From an uncultured Candidatus Binatia bacterium (GTDB lineage: Bacteria > Desulfobacterota > Binatia > Bin18): a DNA stretch of 64,000 nt. The stretch's first letter is position 1. The number at the start of each line of letters is the position of its first letter. This document shows, piece by piece, positions 58,040 through 64,000 of the stretch. The translations under genes and the position numbers were made by a program. The stretch covers positions 5,835 to 69,834 of the forward strand of contig CBDESS010000004.1 of the NCBI GenBank assembly GCA_965242605.1, in the 5' to 3' direction. The notes under the pieces were generated by a model. That model had not been told where the DNA came from and searched no databases. It saw nothing but the letters and a program-made list of their open reading frames with translations.

Positions 58040-59656
58040 ATGCGCCATTGGAAGTACTGCAACAGAGTGGCCGATTTTCTTCGCTGTTCAGCCCGGACAG
58101 GAGTGCTGGGGCGGATACTGCCGTGTGTCATCGGCCTCCTGCTCGCCGCCCAACCCCTCCAGGCCAGCCAGCTCGGCGTGCCGGCCAGCAGCCCGAGCGA
58201 CGGAGGGCTGGGTGGCAATACGGTCGCGATGCCGATAAACGCCAGCACCGCCCTGTTCAATAACCCGGCCCAACTCATCCTGCTGCCCCCCTCTTTCTCG
58301 AATGGCCTGATGGCCCTGCGTTTTCACCCCAGCTATACAAGCCCGTCCGGCTATGACAGTACCAGCCGAGAACTGCCGTTGGCACCCAATTTTGGCTATG
58401 TGACAGACGCCTTTGGGCCGTTTCGGTTCGCCATCGGTGCCTACGGTTCGCTGGGCTTTATGTTCAACCATCGGGCCGACCCGGCCCGCGGCGTGCTGAA
58501 TAACTTCTTTACCGAGCTGGCCTCTGCGTCCCTGGCTCCGTCAATCGCCTACTCGGTAGGGCCGAATCTGCACCTCGGCGTATCCCTCAACCCGACCTAT
58601 GGCCGGCTGAAATTCAAGACCCCCAGCCCGGTCGGCCGCCTGGACGTCGACGCCCGTGGACCCGGGGTCTTTGGCACGCTCGGCCTGCTCTACCAGCCGA
58701 CCGATACACTGAATCTGGGCCTCACCTATAAGACGCCGGGCAATATCTGGATGTTTGGCAACGCCCGCGTCGCCGGCAGGGGCGATGACAGCACGGTGTC
58801 GTTCAAAATCCCCCAGAATGTGAAGCTCGGCTTTACCTATCGGCTGACCGACCGGGTAACGTTGACCGGCCAGGGGAGTTGGACCCAGTACTCGGTGTTT
58901 GAAGACAGCAACCTGCGTTTTCGCAAGCGCTCGTTTCTGAACAGCCCCGCGGTCAGGGACGCCAAAGACCGCTGGCGGCTCGGGGCCGGTGTGCAGGTCG
59001 AAATCATGCGCGGGGTCAAATTCCGGGTCGGCTTCTCATATGAACCCTGGGCGATCAAGGACGCTGCCCTGACCCCGACCCTGGCCGATACGACCGACTA
59101 TCTGTTTCCTATGGGCCTGGCGATTGAGCGGGGCGGCTGGCAGATTGATCTCGGCGGCGGCCTTTCACATACCGAGCCACGCAGGGCGGACCAGAAGGAG
59201 AATCCGTTTTTTGCCGGCCGCTATTCGCTGGACCTAGTGGTCTTTGGTATTCAGGTGACCCGCCTCTTTGACGGCCCGCCGATTATTCCAGGGACGGAGA
59301 GCCGGCGGGCTGCCCCGGCACGCTACGCCGGCGTCCCGGACATCTACGCCACGATTTCTGAGGGCCGGGCCGAGACGGTGCTAGGCACGCTCATCGGCCG
59401 CCTGTCGGCAGACCAGTGTCACGATCTCAGCCCACTCTACCGGGCTGTGCCGGGCTGTACCTTCGGCATTGAAGTCGTCGGTTTTGTCGGAAACCACCCG
59501 CCGCAATACGCGGCACTGGATGACGGCTTGACACACAACGGGCAACTCCCACCTGCCGCCAGCGAGGCGACTCTCGACAGCCTGCTCAAACGCCTGACCG
59601 CCATACAGTGCCGTAATCGGGCCACCGGCCAGCCGCCTCTTCCCGGCTGCGGCTAA
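58040..59656 (+). CDS. FadL/OmpP1/TodX-family outer-membrane transporter with a ~110-aa Cys-containing C-terminal extension
   Basis: Signal peptide, beta-strand-rich sequence with alternating aromatic residues. Extension carries C…C pairs (DQCHD…PGCTFG…IQCRN…PGCG). Confidence 0.7.
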   Translation: MRHWKYCNRVADFLRCSARTGVLGRILPCVIGLLLAAQPLQASQLGVPASSPSDGGLGGNTVAMPINASTALFNNPAQLILLPPSFSNGLMALRFHPSYTSPSGYDSTSRELPLAPNFGYVTDAFGPFRFAIGAYGSLGFMFNHRADPARGVLNNFFTELASASLAPSIAYSVGPNLHLGVSLNPTYGRLKFKTPSPVGRLDVDARGPGVFGTLGLLYQPTDTLNLGLTYKTPGNIWMFGNARVAGRGDDSTVSFKIPQNVKLGFTYRLTDRVTLTGQGSWTQYSVFEDSNLRFRKRSFLNSPAVRDAKDRWRLGAGVQVEIMRGVKFRVGFSYEPWAIKDAALTPTLADTTDYLFPMGLAIERGGWQIDLGGGLSHTEPRRADQKENPFFAGRYSLDLVVFGIQVTRLFDGPPIIPGTESRRAAPARYAGVPDIYATISEGRAETVLGTLIGRLSADQCHDLSPLYRAVPGCTFGIEVVGFVGNHPPQYAALDDGLTHNGQLPPAASEATLDSLLKRLTAIQCRNRATGQPPLPGCG

Positions 59657-59736
59657 TTCCACCTGCGGCTCCGTATCCTGTCAAACAGGGGTTCATAAAG
59701 AGGGAGACTTGAAGTCACCCGATACCAATCAACACA

Positions 59737-60276
59737 ATGAACACCCAAGAAATCCTACAGTCTGCAACGAAATACCTCGTCGCCCTCCCCGGTCACGTCT
59801 TTGATCTCTTAACAATATCCAAGCCCATTTCACCGGAAGCTGCTATCAATCTCGCTAAAGTCATCTCTAAATTATCTCCGCTTCTTGGCAATCTTATTGA
59901 ATTCCATACTGTAGAATTTCTCAACGATCGGGATGAATACCGAGGCCTAGGAAAATGGAAGAGACAAGACCCTGGATTTCCAGATGCAGTATTTGTCAGT
60001 TCAGTCTCTCCATCGCCAGGTTTTGAGATCAAGGCATGGTTTCCGCTGGCCACGGAGATTACCGCTCGTTTCAAGGATAGCCAAAACCGTTTCGCGGACG
60101 ATCAAACATACATCTGTTTGCTGGCTTGGCTACCCCAAAGGCTCATTTATGGAAAACCCCATATCTTTGCTTCTGAGGGCAGGACGATCCCAAACATTGG
60201 TAAAGCCGTGCGGGCAATTGAATTTAGAGCGCAGCCGTCCCCACTCCGCTGTTGTAGCAGGCAGCTTCCCGTCTAA
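59737..60276 (+). CDS. PD-(D/E)xK nuclease-like protein (candidate Type II restriction endonuclease) in a low-GC (~45%) island. 3' end overlaps a convergent ORF, so the true stop is uncertain.
   Basis: E…FPD…(14 aa)…EIK spacing (IEFHTVEF, GFPDAVFVSSVSPSPGFEIKAW). Confidence 0.4.
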   Translation: MNTQEILQSATKYLVALPGHVFDLLTISKPISPEAAINLAKVISKLSPLLGNLIEFHTVEFLNDRDEYRGLGKWKRQDPGFPDAVFVSSVSPSPGFEIKAWFPLATEITARFKDSQNRFADDQTYICLLAWLPQRLIYGKPHIFASEGRTIPNIGKAVRAIEFRAQPSPLRCCSRQLPV

Positions 60277-60751
60277 CGAAAAATACGGCCTCCCCTCTGG
60301 ATTCCCCTGAACGTTTGCATACTCCTGAAGATGTTCAAACATTTTGGGAGGCGGGTAATACCAAAGGTGACCCTGATCAAAATATTTGCGGGTGACGGCA
60401 TCCTTCACGCCACAGGCTTCATTTTTCGGAATTCCAGAACCATAATGTGGTCTCAGGGGTCGCCTTTCTGGCCCACGAGGCAATATGGGCCTCAGACCAT
60501 TTCGGTAGACCTAAATGGTCTGATGTATCTCCTTCGAAGCCAAGCACTCCATAGCCGCCATCCGAGATAATCACTGTAGGAGGTGACCAATCTTTATAAC
60601 AAGACAGGCTATCGCCCAAGCGAATGTCAACAAATTCGTCTTTCCAGTGCGTCGTAGGGGGAATTTTGACTTCCTTGACCGCTCGGCCCCGCCCAACCGT
60701 GCTGGTCGGTGGCAATTTTTTAGCAGAGGGAATTGAGGAAGAGGAAGTCAA
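60130..60751 (-). pseudogene. DNA methyltransferase-like remnant, frameshifted and 3'-truncated
   Basis: Two minus-strand ORFs (60419..60751 and 60130..60483) in different frames. The second contains FTNVWDRPALRSK, resembling the conserved xVWxx region of N6_N4 MTases. No motif I is present. Low GC. Confidence 0.3.
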
Positions 60752-60866
60752 ACGTGTTTACCCGTATGAATTTGTTTACTGCCTCGCCAAACCATTATTG
60801 GGATATTTGTCAAGTACCAAGAAGGCTTAGAGACTCTTCCTCTTCGGACGCTGGCCTGCTTCCCAA

Positions 60867-60990
60867 TCAGGTCTGATAGCCGAAGGCGGTCCAGCCGCCA
60901 TTGCTGACCAGCACTTCTCCGGTCATGAAACCGGCGTCTTGGCCGACTACAAAACGCACCGCCTTGCCTCGATGGGACACTCCCGACCAA
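60867..60990 (-). pseudogene. SDR-family gene C-terminal remnant at the island edge
   Basis: …AVRFVVGQDAGFMTGEVLVSNGGWTAFGYQT* matches the SDR C-terminal motif (…ASDeAsfiTGq.l.VdGG…). No upstream Rossmann/YxxxK region is present. Confidence 0.35.
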
Positions 60991-61166
60991 CCTTGGGAAT
61001 CACTCCGAGCAAAGTTTGAGCGGACTATATCAAAACCGTTCCGGGGCGGCCAGGGACGGACCAAAAGATTATTGAAGCGCCCGGCATGGACGCCGCCTGT
61101 GCTTCCGATTATACTGACTGGGGTGACCGACCGCGAGCCTGACCGCCACACAACAAGGGGGACGCT

Positions 61167-61813
61167 ATGTTGAAGATACTCGCTACGGTAATCCGCCGCG
61201 CCACCGTCTCGCACGACGAACTGGTCAAGGTGTGGGAAACGGTCCACGCCCCACATGTGGTCAAGATCGCCAAGCCGGAACGCTATCGGATCACCTTTTT
61301 CGATCAACGCGAGGCCGACAATCATGGTCTGGACGGCATGGCCGAGTTGTGGTTCCGCGATACCCGGCACTACGATACGGCCATAGGCCGCAACGCTCCG
61401 CCCGAAATTATGGACGACCGTTTTAGCGACTACGCCGATATCACCAAAGGGAGCTGGCTGACGGCGACCGAACACCTCAACGTCGATGGTCCGACCAGCC
61501 GGGCAACGACCAAGTTCAGTTTTTTGTCAAGCGTCGGGCCGGGGTTGAGCGCGCCACCCTGGACCAGTACTGGCTTGAGACCCATGCGCCCAAGGTGGCG
61601 GCCGCGGTTCGGCGCACGCCAAACGCCAGGCGCTACACCGTCAACCTGGTCGATCCGGCCAAAGAGCGGGAGTATGACGGTATCGCCCAAATCTGGCTGG
61701 ACGCCGACAGTCCGAGCGCGGTCGAGCTGCTTGACCTTGAGCCGGACAACTTTACCGAGCTGGTGCAAGTGCCAGTCATGGCCCGGGGCCACGAGATTCG
61801 GATTGTGGACTGA
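61167..61813 (+). pseudogene. Tandem EthD-domain gene with one frameshift (~61520-61545). Paralog of 51611..52393.
   Basis: First domain MLKILATVIRRATVSHDELVKVWETVHAPHV… in the frame of 61167. Second domain …VQFFVKRRAGVERATLDQYWLETHAPKVAAAV…HEIRIVD* in the frame of 61595..61813. The remainder of the listed 426-aa ORF is read-through. Confidence 0.55.
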
Positions 61814-61836
61814 AACTCAGAAAGGAAGGTGCTGCT

Positions 61837-62601
61837 ATGGATTACAAAACTGTTACCGAGGCCAAAGACCTGCCCGGCCTGCGGCTGGCGCTGACCATTG
61901 GCGGGCCGGCCCCGTGGAGCCAAGCGGCCAAGAGCATACTGGAGGTCAAAAACATCCCTTATGTCCCGGTTGCCCAACACGGAGGCGAGGCCAACGCAGA
62001 TCTGGTGGCCTGGACCGGACACCGCAACGCCCCGGTCGCCGTGTACGACGACGAGCCACCCCGGACCGGCTGGTACGAAATCCTCCTCCTGGCCGAGCGG
62101 CTCGCCCCTGCCCCGTCGCTCATTCCGTCCGAGGTCAAAGACCGGGCCCTGATGATCGGCCTGTCCAACGAGCTGTGCGGCGAGCTAGGTTTTACCTGGC
62201 AGGCGCGCCATATCATGTTCGATGCCGTCCTGAAAACTCAGGGCGAGACGTTCAAGAAGTCGCCGATGTTTTCGGCCTACGGCTACTCGGCCGACAACGC
62301 GACCGCCGCGCCGGCAAAAATCACGCCCATCCTCTACGCTCTGTCGGACCGGCTGCATGCCCAAAATCGGGCCGGCAGCCGCTATTTTATCGGTACGCGG
62401 CTGACCGCGCTCGATCTCTACTGGGCCAATATGTCGCAGGTCATTGACCCCTACCCGCCCGACACGAACCCCATGCCGGATTTTTTTCGGACCCTGTGGG
62501 CACCGGTCCGTGCCGCGGTCGAGTCGGCGATTGATCCAGTTCTCATTGAGCACCGAGACTTCATCTTTGAGCAGCACCTCAGCCTGCCACTCGACTTCTG
62601 A
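61837..62601 (+). CDS. GST-like (glutathione S-transferase fold) protein, divergent
   Basis: 254 aa. C-terminal helical LTALDLYWANM… pattern. Weak family assignment. Confidence 0.45.
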   Translation: MDYKTVTEAKDLPGLRLALTIGGPAPWSQAAKSILEVKNIPYVPVAQHGGEANADLVAWTGHRNAPVAVYDDEPPRTGWYEILLLAERLAPAPSLIPSEVKDRALMIGLSNELCGELGFTWQARHIMFDAVLKTQGETFKKSPMFSAYGYSADNATAAPAKITPILYALSDRLHAQNRAGSRYFIGTRLTALDLYWANMSQVIDPYPPDTNPMPDFFRTLWAPVRAAVESAIDPVLIEHRDFIFEQHLSLPLDF

Positions 62602-62628
62602 CCCAGCCTGCTACAGAAAGGACACCGC

Positions 62629-63627
62629 ATGGCCGACCAGTATCGTATCTTTGGTGCCGAACTCTCGCCCTACTCGGTCAAGGTCCGTTCGTACTGCCGC
62701 TATAAAGATATCCCCCACCAATGGATTATCCGCAGTGCAGCGGTACAGGACGAGTACAACACCTACGCCAAGCTCCCGATCATTCCGCTGCTTGTCACCC
62801 CCCAGGACACGGGCATTCAGGACTCAACCCCGATCATCGAACAGATCGAAGCCCTCTACCCCCAGCCTGCCATCCACCCCCCCGACCCCGTCACCAGCTT
62901 TCTCTCGGTCCTGATTGAAGAGTTTGGCGACGAATGGGGCAACAAATGGATGTTTCACTACCGCTGGGCGCGTGAGGTCGATCAGCTCAGCTCGGCCGGT
63001 CGGATCGCCCGCATGATGCTGCCTACGGCAGACGCTACACAGCACGCCCAGATGGTCGCCCAAGTCCGAGACCGCATGGTCAAGCGGGTCTGGTTTGTGG
63101 GCTCGAACGCGCAGACAGCACCCCAGATTGAGGAGTCCTTTTGCGAGGCGATTGAGCAACTTGAAGCCCATCTCAGCCGACGCTCCTACCTGTTCGGGGG
63201 CCGGCCGTCGTTCGGCGACCTCGGCCTGTGGGGGCAGCTCTATAACGCCTGGACCGATCCGACCCCGGGCGCGTTTGTGGAGGGCCGCGCCCCGCATGTC
63301 CTGACCTGGGTGCAGCGCATGCTGTGGCCGCGGGCCGAGGGCGACTTTGAGCCCTGGTCAAGCCTGGAGCCAACGCTGCTGCCGTTTCTGGAACGGCAGG
63401 TCGGTGCCCGATTTCTGCCCTGGACCCTGGCCAACGCCCGGGCGCTCGCCACCGGCCAGGAGGAGTTCAGCGTCGAGCTGAACGGTCGCACCTGGACCCA
63501 GAAGCCCCAGAAATATCACGCCAAATCCTTCCAAGCGCTGCGTGACAAATACGCTGCGGTAGCCGACACAAGCGAGCTGAACCCGATCCTGAAGCGGGCC
63601 GGCTGCCTGACCGGCCTGCAAGGCTAA
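62629..63627 (+). CDS. Glutathione S-transferase family protein
   Basis: [18 protein letters not shown]… thioredoxin-fold N-terminus. [21 protein letters not shown]-terminal motif. Confidence 0.7.
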   Translation: MADQYRIFGAELSPYSVKVRSYCRYKDIPHQWIIRSAAVQDEYNTYAKLPIIPLLVTPQDTGIQDSTPIIEQIEALYPQPAIHPPDPVTSFLSVLIEEFGDEWGNKWMFHYRWAREVDQLSSAGRIARMMLPTADATQHAQMVAQVRDRMVKRVWFVGSNAQTAPQIEESFCEAIEQLEAHLSRRSYLFGGRPSFGDLGLWGQLYNAWTDPTPGAFVEGRAPHVLTWVQRMLWPRAEGDFEPWSSLEPTLLPFLERQVGARFLPWTLANARALATGQEEFSVELNGRTWTQKPQKYHAKSFQALRDKYAAVADTSELNPILKRAGCLTGLQG

Positions 63628-63643
63628 TGAGGAGAAGCCGGCC

Positions 63644-64000
63644 ATGATAGACCTCTACACCGCCCCCACCCCCAACGGCCATAAAGCCTCGGTCACGCTG
63701 GAAGAACTCAGCTTGGCCTACACCGTCCACCCGGTCAATCTGGGCGACAACGAGCAGAAGCAGAAGTGGTTCCTGAAGCTGAACCCCAACGGTCGGATTC
63801 CGGTCATCGTCGATCACGCCGCGGCCGGCGGGGCCGACCTCACCGTCTTTGAGACCGGGGCGATCATGATCTACTTGGCCGAAAAAACCGGCCGCCTACT
63901 GCCCACCGAGCCCAAAGCCCGGGCCGAGGTGCTCCAGTGGATCATGTTCCAGATGGGCGGCATCGGTCCGATGATGGGCCAGGCCAATGTCTTTTTCCGC
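63644..64000 (+). CDS. Glutathione S-transferase (YfcG/YghU-like), 3' partial at the window end
   Basis: [22 protein letters not shown]…[13 protein letters not shown]…. Confidence 0.7.
   Translation, partial: MIDLYTAPTPNGHKASVTLEELSLAYTVHPVNLGDNEQKQKWFLKLNPNGRIPVIVDHAAAGGADLTVFETGAIMIYLAEKTGRLLPTEPKARAEVLQWIMFQMGGIGPMMGQANVFFR

Noticed and set aside
61167-62447. 426-aa plus-strand ORF
   Set aside because: After ~105 aa of EthD sequence it becomes a low-complexity read-through across the following GST-like gene. The real second EthD domain is in another frame.

Overview
This is a high-GC (~65-68%) bacterial chromosomal window with three distinct parts. (1) Positions 1-16371, all on the minus strand: a tandem array of at least five paralogous ~813-aa GT-C-fold (PMT/ArnT-like) membrane glycosyltransferase genes. 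Each copy is joined to the next by an overlapping GTGA stop/start junction. Directly upstream and co-oriented lie a GT2 remnant, a sulfotransferase, an intact GT2 glycosyltransferase, a NodU/CmcH-type carbamoyltransferase, and SxtK-like and SxtJ-like small membrane proteins. Together these suggest a surface-glycan sulfation/carbamoylation locus. (2) Positions 16372-20648: a degraded Type III restriction-modification locus. A Mod N-terminal fragment and frameshifted Res C-terminal fragments remain. The middle has been replaced by a lower-GC two-gene cassette: an ABC/AAA_21-like ATPase plus a small PD-(D/E)xK/Toprim-like protein. This is the best candidate for an uncharacterised defence module. 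(3) Positions 20649-64000: a dense set of redox and xenobiotic-type enzyme genes, listed individually in the features. This part is punctuated by further foreign-looking pieces: a lower-GC island carrying a 283-aa protein (with an in-frame 69-bp duplication) translationally coupled to a DNA methyltransferase; a frameshifted single-chain N6-methyltransferase-TRD gene; a small low-GC island with a PD-(D/E)xK nuclease-like gene and a frameshifted methyltransferase-like remnant; and several frameshifted pseudogenes. No rRNA, tRNA, CRISPR array or transposase was recognised.
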